A DNA stretch of 56,357 bases from Chiloscyllium plagiosum (GCF_004010195.1 NC_057753.1:5205849-5262205), one strand, 5' to 3'; counted from the first letter of the stretch, positions 24,490-40,680 are shown. A program made the numbers and translations. Notes: a model not told the origin generated them from the sequence alone.

Positions 24490-24790
24490 CATGTACCTGT
24501 CTCAAGGTTCTGCCCTTTGTCCCTTTAAATCCCACCCTCGGTCCTTCCAGCTCCAGCGCCGGCGATGCGCATGCTTCGCTCCGCGGTCCCGTCCCGCCCC
24601 TTCGTTGACTCCGATTGGTTGGAGGACCGGCTCTGCCGCACGGTCCTCCAGGCCCGCCCCCTCCCTTCCAATGTGTCAATGACTGGCTCCGTGCAAGTCC
24701 GCGCATGCGCGGCACGGATTTCATCCCGGAACTGCGGTCTCCACTTCAGGAGCTGCTTCTAAGCAGAATCAGGGTCTTGTCTGCAGCTGT
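24490..24790. promoter_or_regulatory. CpG-island promoter of unit B
   Basis: Paralogous to A and C; TGCGCATGC, GC boxes, ATTGG and GCGCATGCGC retained; the YY1-like motif is lost. Confidence 0.7.
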
Positions 24791-25325
24791 AACCATTAGT
24801 CAGAATGAGTTGAAGATAATTACCCTATATTTTACCCAGGAATGAGGGAACGGGGGTTTGCAATTTTGAGGGAGCAAGAGAGGAAAATCCTCCACAGAAA
24901 CTGGAATTGTCTGTTTTAACGATACCTCTGCTTTACTGACATTGAACAGTTTGGTCGCAGGGACTAGAAGAGGAGGGCTCACATCGGGGAAACCCAAAAG
25001 AAACATCAGGTGAAGATCTGACAGAGTCACTCCATTCATCAGGTGCTGAACATCACTGCCCTCTGACTGTGGACGGGGGGAATCTTTGTCTGTTTTGTCT
25101 TGAGGGGAAAGATTTCAAACATCAATGTGACTGGAAAAGCACTGAGACACGCACGCCTGAATGTGAGTGTACCAGTGAATTAAGTGACTGCGCAAAGAGC
25201 CTTAACCAGTCGCACAGATTGAAGCGATATTGCACCATTTAGAGGAGGAGCTGTACACGTTTTCTCTGTCTGGATAAGGATTGAGCTGATCCTTCAATCT
25301 GGAGTGTCGCAAAGATCCTGGCACC

Positions 25326-27969
<2,644 letters not shown>

Positions 27970-28289
27970 GTACACAGTTCGGGGAAATTTGTGGGCAGTG
28001 TCGGAATGTGGTGCAGAGGGCTGGAGATGCTTTTTGCTTGTGCCTTGGCTCGTTGTTTGTAAGGTCTTTTTAAAATGATCGATTGAAGGCCAGAGTCTGG
28101 GCCCAGCATAACGCACAGAGTGATGTCACAGAAAAGCATGACTTCATTGGCTGGTGAAAGCTACAAATTTGTCTGCCTGTCATTGGTTACTTTCAGGTTG
28201 AAGTTAAATGAGGGAAATGGGTTCCAAAGTAAAACATCAAAAGGACGTTTTTTTAAAAATCAAATTAAAAACTAAGTAGATAATGTGGA

Positions 28290-29530
28290 GATGAAAAACC
28301 CCTTAATGTATTGTTTCTGTATGATGTGGGGACTGGTGGCTCCTTTTAGTGGTCTGTAGTGACCCCGTCTGGAGCGAGTGTTGGTTGCTTGAGGAAGAGT
28401 AGCTCAGATTTGATGAGCTGGAGTCTGAGCTTCGAATGCTGCGACACATCAGAGAGAGTGACCTGGATGCTATGTTTCAGGAGGCAACGCTCCCCTTGGA
28501 TTAATGACTTCGAATTCAGTCAGTGGTCAGAGACCGGAGGATCTGACCATGAGCGAGGCAGGTAGAGGCATAGTACCAAGGAGCCCCCCGGCAAGCAGGT
28601 TTGGGATTCTTGCTCCCGTGCAGATGCGAGGAAGGGCTGTAAGAGGGATGTGCAAACTGATCACAGCGTGGCGGTACAAGGCATGATTCAAGCTATGGAA
28701 GAAAAGAGAAATGTAGTTGTCATCAGGGATTGTATAGTCAGGGGAATAGACACAGTCCAGGATCAAGAGTCCTAAAGCTTTGTTTCCGCCTGGTGCTTGG
28801 GTTGAGGGTATCTTACCTGGGTTTCAGAGGAACTTGTGGAGTGGGAGCAGAAAGATCCAGTTGTCGAGGTCCACAAAAATACCAATGGTGTAGGGAGAAA
28901 GAAGGAAGAGGTTCTGCTGAGGGAATATGAGGCGTTAGGATCTAAAAAAAAAACAAACCAAAAGGTAGCAATCTCTGGATTACTAACTGAGCCAATCGGT
29001 ACAGTGTCAACAAGCTTTAAGAGGGAAGCCCGTGGCTCCAAGATCAGTCTGGAGAAGATGGTTTGAAATTAATGGGAAATTGGCACCAGTACTGGGGAAG
29101 GAGAGAGCTGTTCCAGTGAGGCAGACTGCACCTGGATCAGGCTGGGATCAGAGTCCTTACAAATTGCATAACTTGGGCTGTGGATAAGGCTTTAACCAAA
29201 CAGGGAGGCGTGGGTTCAATTGCATGGAAAGTTAAGGAAAACGTTAAAGGTGAGGTTATAGAAGTTTCCAGATATTAGGATAGAGAGTATGGAAAGGATC
29301 AAGAACTGAATTTCAGGCCCTAGTGGATGAGGGGGCAACTATGAGAAGGGAGGCAGTTAATGCAGGACTTGAGGATGTTGTACTCAGATGCATGCAGCAT
29401 ATGAAACAAGGTAAATGAGGTTGTAGCGCAGATTGACATTGACAGCTATGATTTTGGGAGTATCACAGGGATGTTGCTGAACAGGATCAAGGCTAGAAAC
29501 AAAATATCTAAGGATATGTGTTTGATGGAA
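28290..29530 (+). mobile_element. Old CR1 5' half (paralogue of 15075-17490); continues ~31830-32210
   Basis: Colinear similarity to the unit A copy. Confidence 0.75.
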
Positions 29531-29536
29531 AGGACA

Positions 29537-29802
29537 TAGACAAAGTCTTTTCCCTGGGATCGGGGAGTCCAGAACTGGAGGGCTTAGGTTGAGGGGAAAG
29601 ATATAAAAGAGACCTAAGGGGCAATGTTTTCATGCAGAGGGTGGTATGTGTATGGAATGAGCTGCCAGAGGAAGTGGTGGAGGCTGGTATAATTGCAACA
29701 TTTAAGAGGTGCTGGCAGGTGGGACTAGATTGGGTTGGGATATCTGGTTGGCATGGACGGGTTGGACTGAAGGGTCTGTTTCCATGCTGTACATCTCTAT
29801 GA
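29537..29802 (+). mobile_element. CR1 LINE 3' end
   Basis: Same 3' end as 2635-2960. Confidence 0.85.
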
Positions 29803-29849
29803 CATGCAAATGAGCAGAGAGAGCAGGCAGTGAGAAACAAAATGGATCC

Positions 29850-31828
29850 GAACTAAAGCTGCTCAGGAGATTTAACCTAGTAAGGTGGGGAGGGCGGTGG
29901 GGGTGGTTGGGATCCGGGAGATAGTGAGGAAAGAGATCAGTCTGAGACTGGTACAGTTGGGAAGACGAGCAACTCAAATGGTCAGGGCAGCCAGGAACAA
30001 AGCAGAAAATGATGTGGTAGTAAAGCAAACTGCATTTCTTTCAATGCAAGAGGCCTAGCAGGGAAGGCAGATGAATTCGGGGCATGATGAACATGGCATT
30101 GGGATATCATAGCAATTACAGAGATGTGGTTCAGTTATGGACAGGACTGGCTGCTCAAAGTTCCAGGATACAAATGCTACAGGAAGAATGAGGAAGGGGA
30201 AATGGTATTTTTGATAAGGGATAGCATTACAATTTGTACTTAGGGAGGATTTTCCTAGGAATACGTCCAGGGAAGTTATTTGGGTGGAACTGAGAAATAA
30301 GAAAGGGATCATCACCTTATTGGGATTGTACTGTGGAACCCCTCCCCAGTAGTCAATGGGAAATTGAGAAACAATTTTGTGTAGAGATCTCAGTTTTCTG
30401 TAAGAATAATAGGGTGGTTATGGTAGGGGATTTTAACTTTCTAAACATAGACAGGGACTGTCATAGTGTTAAGGGTTTAGAAGAAGAGGAATTTGTTAGG
30501 TGTGTACAAGAACATTTTCTGATTCAGGATGTGGATGTACCTACTAGAGAAAATGCGAATCTTGACCGACTCTTGGGAAATAAGGCAGGGCAGGTGGCAG
30601 TACAGGAGCACTTTGGGCCAAGTGACCATAACACTCTCAGTTTTAAAATAGTGATGGAAAAGGATAGACTGGATCTAAAAGTTGAAGTTCTAAATTGGAG
30701 GAAGGCCAATTTTGACGGTATTAGGCAAGAACTTTCAAAAGCTGATTAGGGTTGGTTGTTCGCAGGTAAAGAGATGGCTGGAAAATGAGATGCCTTCGAA
30801 AATGAGAGTCCAGAGACAGTATGTTCCTGTTAGGGGGAAAGGTGAGTCTGGTAGGTGTAGGGAATGCTGGGTGACTAGAGAAATTGAGGGTTTGGTCAAG
30901 AAAAAGAAGGAAGCATGTGTCAGGTATAGACAGCAAAGATCGAGCGAATCCTTAGAGTATAACGACAGTAGGAGTATACTTAAGAGGGAAATCAGGAGGG
31001 CAAAAGGGGACGTGAGATAGCTTTGGCAAATAGGGTTAAGGAGAATCCAAAGGCATTTCATAAATACGTTAAGGGCCAAAGGAAAAATAGGCAGAGAATG
31101 GGGCTCCTCAAAGATTAGCCAGGCAGACTGTGTGTGGAACCCCAGAAGATGGGGGAGGTACTAAATGAGTATATTCCGCATCAGTGTTTACTGTGGAGAT
31201 GTAGAATGTGGGGAAATAGATGGTGACATCTTGAAAAATGTACAGGACATTGGTTAGGCTACTTTTGGAATATTGTGTGCAATTCTGGTCTCCTGTCTTT
31301 CGGAAGGATGTTCTTAAACTTGAAAGGGTTCAGAAAAGATATACATGGATGTTGCCAGGGTTGGAGGATTTGAGCTATAGGGAGAAGCTGGAGAGACTGA
31401 ATAGGCTTGGGCTGTTTTCCCTGGATTGTCGGAGGCTGAGGGGTGACCTTATGGAGGTTTATTAAATCATGATTTTATATTTATCCTATGACAAGATAAA
31501 TATCCAAGGCCTTTTCCCTGGGGTAGGGAAGTCCAGAACTAGAGGGCATAGGTTTCGGGTGAGAGGGGAAAGATATAAAAGGGACCTAAAGGGCAGTCTT
31601 TTCATGCAGAGGTGGTGCGTGTATGGAATAAGCTGCCAGAGGAAGTGGTGAAGGCTGGTACAATTACAACATTTAAAAGGCATCTGGATCGATATATGAA
31701 TGGAAGGATTTAGAGGGATACGAGCCAAATGCTGGCAAATGGGACTAGATTAATTTAGGATATTTGGTCAGCATGGACGCGTTGGACTGAAGGATCTGTT
31801 TCCATGCTGTACATCTCTGTGACACTGA
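29850..31828 (+). mobile_element. CR1 LINE: endonuclease joined to C-terminus, RT core deleted near 31240
   Basis: VVMVGDFNF, SDHN endonuclease motifs, then a jump to YRTLVRLLLEYCVQFW. Confidence 0.85.
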
Positions 31829-32744
31829 CTAAGTGATGTAGACTTGGAAGGCTTGGAATCTGTGTGGGCAGAATTGAGGAACTGCAAAGGAAAAAGGACC
31901 CCGATGAGAATTATATACAGGCCTCCCAGCGGTAGTCAGGATGTGGGGCAGATAATAAATCAGTAGATTCAAAAGGCATGTAAGAACGACGCTATTACAA
32001 TAATCTTGGGGGACAGATATGCAGGTAGACTGGGAAAATCAGGTTGGTACTGGATCACAAGACAATGAATTTGTGGAATGTCGATGGGAATATCTTTGGA
32101 GTAGCTAGTGGTAGGGCCCGTGAAGGAGCAGGCAATCCTGGATTTGGTGATGTGTAGTGAAGCAGTCCTGATTAGGTAGCTGATCGTGAATGAACCCTTC
32201 AGAGGCTGTAACTGTTCTCGGAATAACTATTTATTCCTGACAAAACAGCACCAGACAAAATTCTGGGAATGGCACTGAGGCAATTGCTTAGTCATGCGCT
32301 AAAAACCTGGAATATTAGCCCAAATTCCCTATTTCTCCCCAAGCTGTTATTTCAGCCTGTGATACAAGACAAGTCGGTCATGGAGGTTAGCTGTCAGGTT
32401 AAAGGTAGAAAGAGAGAGAGAGAGAGGTGGTGAGCTGCGTGGCTGTGTTTGGTGTGTTTGAGTGATGTGCCATCAGTCCCGATGTGCTAAACCCCTCTGA
32501 GTAGATTTGCAATGATTTGGTGAGGAAAGAGCTGAAATCTTTCAGAGTCACCAAGTTGGGTTATGTCGTGATTGGAATGAGGTCGACATCGTTGACTAAT
32601 ATAACGAGGCAACTGGAATCTCCTCAGCTCGGAGGATTGACTCCGAGCTAGCTAGCCACTGCCAGTACCATACGCAATTAAATAAACGGTGGATTGCTGA
32701 TGGAATACTCGGCTCTGTGCACTTATTTCAGGCTGGTTCCTTTT

Positions 32745-33065
32745 TAGATTACATTAGATTCCTTACAGTGGGGAAGCAGGCCCTTCGGCCCAACAAGTCC
32801 ACACCGACCCTCCGAAGTGCAACCCACCCAGACTCATTCCCCTACATATACCCTTCACCTAACACTACGGGCAATTTAGCATGGCCAATTCACCTAACCT
32901 GCACATTTTTGGACTGTGGGAGGAAACCGGAGCACCCAGAGGAAACCCACGTAGACATGGGGAGAACGTGCAAACTCCACACAGACAGTTGCCCGAGGTG
33001 GGAATTGAACTCGGGTCTCTGCCGCTGTGAGGCAGCAGTGCTAACCACTGTGCCAACGTGCCGCC
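32745..33065 (-). mobile_element. Full-length HE1-like SINE
   Basis: ggcggcacgttggcacagtggttagc head through (taatcta)-like tail on the reverse strand. Confidence 0.9.
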
Positions 33066-33390
33066 CATCTGGACAACCTTCTCATAGTACCCTACCAATT
33101 GGACACTCATTCTATGGCCTGGTGCCAAAAATAGTCCTCCAGTTCGACTTTTACTGCTCCAGTCACAGTTACCTGTTGTTTTGATTCAGGACAATCTCCC
33201 CTTGGTTTTTACTAATTGGACATTCGGGGGGGGGTGTCTCCTCTCTGGGTACAATCCTTTCTTGGAATGTGCTGCTCAAGCTCCAGCCATTGACTCCTCG
33301 GACAGGCTGGAGGGATGTGGCTTTTACTGCACTGACCCCTAGTTTTTCCCTGCAGATTGTGACTGTTATGTTTGCACTTATTGTGAGGTT

Positions 33391-35330
33391 ATGGGTTTAA
33401 GTACCCTTGTAGCTTTGGTTGGCTTTCTGCAGTTAGGAAATGACCGTGAGTGGGCAACAGAGTTGTTTGTCTGTAATGGGGGTAAGCATGAATATGGTAT
33501 GGTGAATCGGATGTTAAACTAACAACAAAAATCCCTTCTGTTGCAGCAAACTGATGTGCTGGCTGCTGCGGTGCCTGTTTCCTCCTGCCTTGTATGGCAT
33601 GAGATCTGCCATCACCTGCACAATCTCACCACAGGATACAGTCTAGAGGATGAAGTCGTCATAATAACAACTGCATGCAAAATAATTGTAATGGTTTACC
33701 AGGTGAAATGTGTACTTTGTTGAACTTTCATTACACATGTAACGACCCATATTCACGGAGAACGCCAGGAAACAGGAATTAAGAATGCTACTGTTACTGG
33801 ATGACATGGAATAGCATTGCACCCCGACAGAACTAGATGGCACCTTACCATTGACCTGAAATAAGTCTATAAGAAGGCAGTGCCTAAAGTAGGCCCTGCC
33901 TAGCAGTAGCTGACATGAAAATTGGCATAATATAGTGCCTTGAAGTAGTGATTTGCCACTGTATCCCAGATGTTACAGAGATAAAGGGACATGGATTCTG
34001 GGGTTTGGGGTTATGATGGGGTGAATGGAAGGGCCCATCCAGTGACATACAGATACCCCATCTTCAGTGGTAGTATGATACATGTACCCCAGTGTTCAAA
34101 CAAAATATTGTTTTGGCTGTGACGGAAATAACTAATGAAAATAAAAATCACCCTTCCATTGCTGCCCTTTACACACCCCCATTAACAATGCAGAGGTGTG
34201 GCAGAAGAGTTGTACTCTCTCCCATTCAAAATGGAGCAGAGACAGAGATGGGTGCATTAAATTCTATGGTTGTTGCAACTTTACAAAACAAGATTGCTCA
34301 AATTGGGCAACTCACTATTAGCTGCTGTATGGAACAAAACCATCAGCACGTAAGGATTTAGCAAATTGGTGTCTGGCCAACAATGATTTGGAAGCTTGCT
34401 GATAGCCTTGTCTGGGGCATCGCACTCACAGACCTTAACGCTGAAGCTATTTGAACAGACGGTAACTTTTTAGCGACTTTGACAAAATTGAATGGAGTAA
34501 CACCTCATTGCTATCCAGGTATCTGTGGTCTCGCAAACGATTATTAAGTCTCTCATGTGCTAACTTTTAACGGTTAAACCTGATTTATGTAAAACTAATT
34601 GAAACGCCACAGTACGCAATGCTCCTTTTTGATTTTAAATAGTACACAGTGATAAATATGGTGCAAGTTTATCGCCCCATCTGTTGGGAGGTATGTTGTG
34701 GGAACCTGTATTTATGGGAAATGGCTGGATGATAACAATCAAACCCACAGGTGGGTGGTTGTGAATAGCCTGAAGGCCTAGTGTGCCTCTTCCACACCCC
34801 TGCCTTCGAACCATGTAGATTGTAGTCTAGCAGGGCTACCTGCACATGAAGGAAATTACTGTCAGTGATACAGCCATTCACACAACTGGTCCTGTCCACA
34901 GGTGTGTAACTAGTACTCATACAGTATATCTTAATGATGAGAGAGAGAGAACCGCCCAGCAACTTCTATAGTGACAAAAGTTATGTTCTTTATGATTTTT
35001 TTGTTGGAAATAAAACCTACAGAATTAAAGAATGGGAAATGATGACCTTGGACTGTACCATTAACCAATGGAGGATACTTCTACATGTGACATTTGAAAC
35101 ACTGAGGGCTTTCCTTGCACATTATAAACAGATTTGCTCTCATTTGGCAGCAGTATAATGTATTGCTGTGAAAACCTGCCATGATCAGCTATGATCCATT
35201 AATTGGTTTAGAAGACAATTTAGGAACTCTTGTTGTGTATTTAAGGGATGGTTAGCAAAAGCTAGCGAGCTCTTACGGCACCCAGTTATTGTAATTTTGC
35301 TAACTGTTTGCTTTTTTTTAATCACCTGAT
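33391..35330 (+). pseudogene. Decayed endogenous-retrovirus-type envelope (env) gene, copy 1
   Basis: Signal-peptide-like MGLSTLVALVGFLQL; Cys-rich region (CNGLPGEMCTLLNFHYTC); basic site then fusion-peptide/heptad-like RCGRR|VVLSPIQNGAETEMGALNSMVVATLQNKIAQIG; C-terminal FKGWLAKASELLRHPVIVILLTVCFFLI membrane anchor; many stops and frameshifts. Confidence 0.65.
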
Positions 35331-36329
35331 TAATGGCTTGTCAACTTTGTCACGTGTATAATTAGCTTGCAACCGTTGAACAACACATTGTTCTGATTAC
35401 CTGGTTTGAAGATATTAAAGGATATTCTGGTGTACAAATTCAAAAATGATACCTCGAAGCCAGACCAATTGTGGACGTGATAATAAGCAATTGATGGAGA
35501 GTGGAGGAATACATGAACACAGACTTTTGTTTTTACAAGAAAGTGGCCTTGGCGTGAGAACAGGCTGTTTTGCAAGGATAACAGAACTTGTTTTTGACTT
35601 ACTTGTGACCTCCAGGCATTGAGGAAAGCTTTGGAAAAGTACACAGAAGAGGTAGTTCAGCACATAACAGCAAGTCCAGTGTATTATGAACACTGGGGAC
35701 TTGTCCCAGTTTGTTGGTCTTCACGAACAGACTGGGTTCACGCAAAGTGCCCTGGAAATTGAGATTGAGCTCCGAGTGCCAGCTCTTGCCAGGGTTCTGG
35801 ACAAGCAAAAGAGCATGAGACTCATGTTTGAATATATCTAAAGCAGTTGAAGGTAATCATTTTGTTTAAGTATGTCTAAAGTAGTGTAAGCTAATAATTG
35901 TCTGATTACTTGATATATGTTAAGTAACCTAAGCTAACATATTTGCATTATATCGAAGCGCACATGTTCCCCCACCCACAAAATCAGCCCATACTGTATG
36001 TCAGTTCAGGACAGGAGACATTGGATGGATGAGGAATGGGTGGGTGAGTGGTTGAAAGAATGTTCAGTGAAGGTGGGCCGTCCTTGGTGCTGTGGTGGGG
36101 GTTGTTCATTCTGAAGAAGTCCCACCTGAAATGGTGACCACTAATTTCTCACGTTTCGATAATGAGTGATCTGCTGTCTATTTCTCCATGTTTGGTTTTC
36201 CGTTTCCATCTGTCTGGGGCTGTCCCAGAGTTTAGGTTTTGTTTCAGTTTGTATGGCACACCTGTTTGATCTCAGCTGGAATGTCATGTCCACTTCTGGA
36301 AGGATGTGAAGCATTAGAGAGGGTCACCA

Positions 36330-36870
36330 ATTTAATACAGAACAGAAAGAGATCCTTTGGCCCATCTTGTCTGAGTCAGTCAGCAAGTACCTATTTCCCT
36401 GCACTTGGTCCATAGCCATTCATCAAAATATTTCTTCAACGTTGTGATAATTCTTGCCTCTACGCAATGAATTCCAGATCCGTACCAACTTACGGCTGAA
36501 AAGATTCCTTCTCAAATATCCTCTCGTGCGTCTATGCACCCTTTTTATTGTTCCTGTTAACTAATAGGGGAAGATTTGTTCCTATCATCCCTATATCTGC
36601 CTCAAGTTTGTAACCTCAATCAGGTTCCCCCCTCGACCTTCTCTGCTCAAGGAAAACACTTACCCGGCCTTTCTACATTGTTAAACTGCTCCATCTGAGG
36701 AACATGTCAGTGAATCTCCTCTACACCCTCTCTAGTGCAGTCACAACCATCTACTGTGTCTAGAACTGCACACAATATTCCAGCTGTGGCCTGAGCAACA
36801 TTGTTTACAGTTCCATAATAACCTCTCTGCTCATTTTCACTACCTCAACAAATAAATGCCTTCTTAACCA
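36330..36870 (-). mobile_element. Old CR1 LINE 3' fragment
   Basis: Decayed tagaactgcacacaatattccagctgtggcct (reverse of RPQLEYCVQF). Confidence 0.65.
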
Positions 36871-37594
36871 ACTGTTCTGTTGAGTGCAGATTTGTTTTCT
36901 TTAATCTTTCCCAGGATATGTGTATCTCCAGCAAGCCTGGCATTGAGTGCCTATCACTAAATGTCGTGGAGAAGGTGGTGGTGGTAAGTGACAGCGATCT
37001 GTAGGGAGTTCCAGGATTTCACCTCGTGACACTGAAGGGTCAGTCGATCAGGATGTTGCGCACCATTGGTAGCTTGGATTGAGGTTTCAGCCTCAAAAAA
37101 AAAACTTCTTCTCAATCTGGGACAGAAACCCGGTTGGATATTTTTGCTCATAAATCATCCCTTTCTAAGCTCCTATCAATGGTGTTTGCAAAAATCCATT
37201 ACTGTCAGTCTAGGATTAAAAATTCAGAAGAGCCAAATACTTGTCTTGGTTTTAGCTTGTGTGTTAATTCTCCCACTGTGATGAGGAATCTACAACTATA
37301 TAATAGGTTAAGTGAGTGGGCAAAAACTCACTCAACCTTTGTTTGCAGATGTAATTTTACTGTAGGAAAGAGCGTGGTCATGAACTTCAAGAGGAAGAGT
37401 CAAAAGGCAAGCAGTCATTTAAATAGAGAGTCCAAAGAAGAGCAGCTCAGAGAGGTCTTGTGCATGAAACACACATGAAGCAAGTAATTAAGGCAAATAT
37501 AATTGGGTCTTTATTACCGGGCTGTTATGAGTTTGCAAATAGGGAAGTTTTGTTTTAACTGCACCAAGTGTTGGTGAGTGCAATTGTAGAATTG

Positions 37595-37888
37595 ATTAGA
37601 TTAGATTAGATTCCCTACAGTGTGGAAACAGGCCCTTCGGCCCAATATGTCCATACCGACCCTCCGAAGAGTAACCCACCCACACCCATTCCCCTACCCT
37701 ATATTTACCCCTAACTAATGTACTTAACACTACGGGCAACTTAGCATGGCTAATCCACCCTAACCTGTACATCTTTGGACTGTGGGAGGAAACAGGAGCA
37801 CCTGGAGGAAACCCATGCAGACTGGGAGAATGTGCAAACTCCACACAGTCGCCTGAGGCAGGAATCGAACCGGCGCTGTGAGGCAGCA
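37595..37888 (-). mobile_element. HE1-like SINE
   Basis: (ATTAG)n tail and V-domain. Confidence 0.88.
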
Positions 37889-39091
37889 TTTTAAGAAATG
37901 ATATGGAAATGGTGCAAAAGAGATGAACTCGGCTGATTACTGGGATGAAGGGACTGACATGTCAAGAATGGCTGAGCTGCTTAGCTCTCAGTTTTGAAGA
38001 TGTCGTATTGGAATTAAAACGTGAACTGTTTTATTCTCTACAGATGCTGCCAAATCTTTGGCGTTTCTGTAACGTTTTCTGTTTTAGGCATTTATTAATT
38101 AGTGTTTACAACAATGGGGGTGACCTTTTTCAAACATATAAAATTCTAAGGGGTGGTGGTTTTTGAAAAGAAAGATGATGAGATGTTGCCACTTGTGTGG
38201 ACATACTGAAATGGGATTCACTGTTTAAAGAATAATGGGTCTCATTTAAAATAGAGAAGGGAAGAAAATACTCTTCTGAGGGTAGGGAAGATCTGGAGTT
38301 TTTTTACCCATAGAATTGTGGAGGCTAGGGCACAAAGTAGTTAAAGAGGATGTGTAGAGATTTTTGAAATGTTTGGGTCCTGAGGGCTTTGAGACGCTCG
38401 CACAGAAGACAATGCAAGCCTGGGGCAGATAGCCATGATCTTTTAATATAGTCGGAGAGACTTGAGGGGATGAATGGCCTTTTGCCTGCTCCTATTTCTT
38501 ACGATTATTCCAACCCCCGTCAAAGGAATTTCCAAACTTCTCTTTGTCAGTCAGGATGGAAGTTCAAAAGAACCAAATAGTTTTCTTGGGATGAATAAGT
38601 TATCTCCTTCTGGCCAAAGGAAACAAAGATGTTGGAAATCAGAAACCAAAGACAGAATTTGCTGGAAAAGCTTAGCAGCGCCTGTGGAGAGATAGCATGG
38701 AACAGCCTCTTCCCTGCTGTTAGCAGATTTTTGAATGGACTGCTTTAATGTTAATGTTGATCTTTCTCTGCACCATCTCAGCAGTTGTAACATTGTTTCC
38801 TGCACTCTCTTCTGTGTTTCCCTGATGTATTGTATGATCCATCTGTCAGGCACACAAGGCAAGACTTAATTGTACCTCTGTTCTTGTGATTCGAATAAAT
38901 CAGGAAGTGTTTTGGGCCCAATGACCCTTCTTTAGAACTGATTGTATTTGGGAAATTGTTGATAATATGCTACAGAAGGGGTGGATGGGGAGAGAAGGAG
39001 TAAATGATAGGTGGAGATGGAGCCTAGAGAGAGAGAAACAACCCATCCCACCAGCATCCACATCCAAAGGATCAGTAGCTGCCATTTCAGT

Positions 39092-39675
39092 CAGAGACAA
39101 AAAAAAACTACAGATGCTGGAATCCAAGGTGGACCAAGCTGGAGGCGGGAAGAACACAGCAAGCCAGGCAGCATCAGGAGGTTCAGAAGTCATTTCGGAT
39201 GTAACCCTTCTTCAGGACTGGGGGTTGGTGTAAGGGGAGCTACGTATAAAGGGAAGTGGGGGAGGGGGTGGTGAGGTAGGTAAACATAGGTATAGGGTAT
39301 GATCTGGAGGAATAATGCCTCGTCTTCTGCCTAGGCAGCCTACAGCCTGGAGGATTCACGACATTGAGTTCTCAATTTCAAATGACCTTCCCTGCCATCT
39401 CTTAACTCCCTTCCCAGCCCCTCATCCCTCTTCTATTCCTCTGATCGACCCTTCCTTCCAGCTACCAACTGGATTCATTCCTCCCATCAAAAACCAGGAC
39501 GTACCCTCTGCCTGTGTTCAACAATCCCTACCTCACCACCCTACCCCCTTTATCTGCAGCTCCCCTTACACCCACCCCCAGTCCTGAAGAAGGGCTACAC
39601 CCGAAATGTTGACTTCTGCATGTCCTGATGCTGCCTGGCTTGCTGTGTTCTTCCATCCTCCGGCTTGTCTACCTC
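39092..39675. mobile_element. Inverted PLE terminal pair (family 3)
   Basis: Minus arm 39092-39310, plus arm to 39675; CTGAAGA-A-GGGctacACCC-GAAA near 39584. Confidence 0.75.
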
Positions 39676-40463
39676 CTGCCACTTCTAGCAGGTTGCCACA
39701 CCAGTGACCCTTTGTCAGCCTTCCGCGGGGACCATTTATTCTGGGATACCTCCAGCCCCTCTTTCAATGCCTTCCTGTAGCTCCATGTAGACAAGCAGGA
39801 GGCTGGAAGAACACAACAAGCCAGGTGGCATCAGGAGGTGGAGAAGTCAATAGTATAGGTATAATCCTTCTTCAGAAATGGAGGTGGGGGAGAGGGAGCA
39901 GCTGATGAGGGGAGGGGGCAGAATGGTGAGGTAGTGATAGGTGAATACAGGTGGAGGGTATGACCTGGTTGGTTGACAGGAGAGATGATAGGTTGGAAGC
40001 TGGAAGGAAGGGTCAGGTGGAATGGAAGGGAGGAGCTAGGACTGGAAGGGGTGTCAGAGGATGGTTGGAAAGGTTAATTGAAATTAGAGAACTCAATGTT
40101 GAATCCTTTGAGCTGTTGGCTACCCAAGTGGAAGATAAGGTGGTGTTCCTCCAATTTGCCGTCTGATTCACTGTGGTAATGGGATAGGACGAGGATGAGG
40201 GATTGAGAAAGGGAATTGAAATGGGCGGTGACCAGGACATCAGGCTGGCCCTTACGGACCCAGCTGAGATGCTGAGCGAAATGATCCCTAAGTTTACGTT
40301 TGGTCTCTCCGATGTAGAGAAGACCATATCGGGAGCACCGGACGCAGTAAGTTAGGTTGGAGGAGAGACAGGTGAACCTCTGTTTAACCCAGAATGACTG
40401 TTTGAAGCCCTGGATGGAGGTGAGACAGGAGGTGTGCTGGCAGGTTTATTAGATTAGATTACG

Positions 40464-40680
40464 GCTGGAAATGTGTTGCTGGAAAAGCGCAGCAGGTCAG
40501 GCAGCATCCAAGGAACAGGAGAAGACGTTTCGGGCATAAGCCCTTCAGGATTCCTGAAGAAGGGCTTATGCCCGAAACGTCTTCTCCTGTTCCCTGGATG
40601 CTGCCTGACCTGCTGCGCTTTTCCAGCAACACATTTCCAGCTCTGATCTCCAGCATCTGCAGACCTCAATTTCTCCTCAT
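40464..40680. mobile_element. Inverted PLE terminal pair (family 2) inserted in a SINE tail
   Basis: Arms meet at ~40550; flanked by tagattagatta. Confidence 0.85.
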
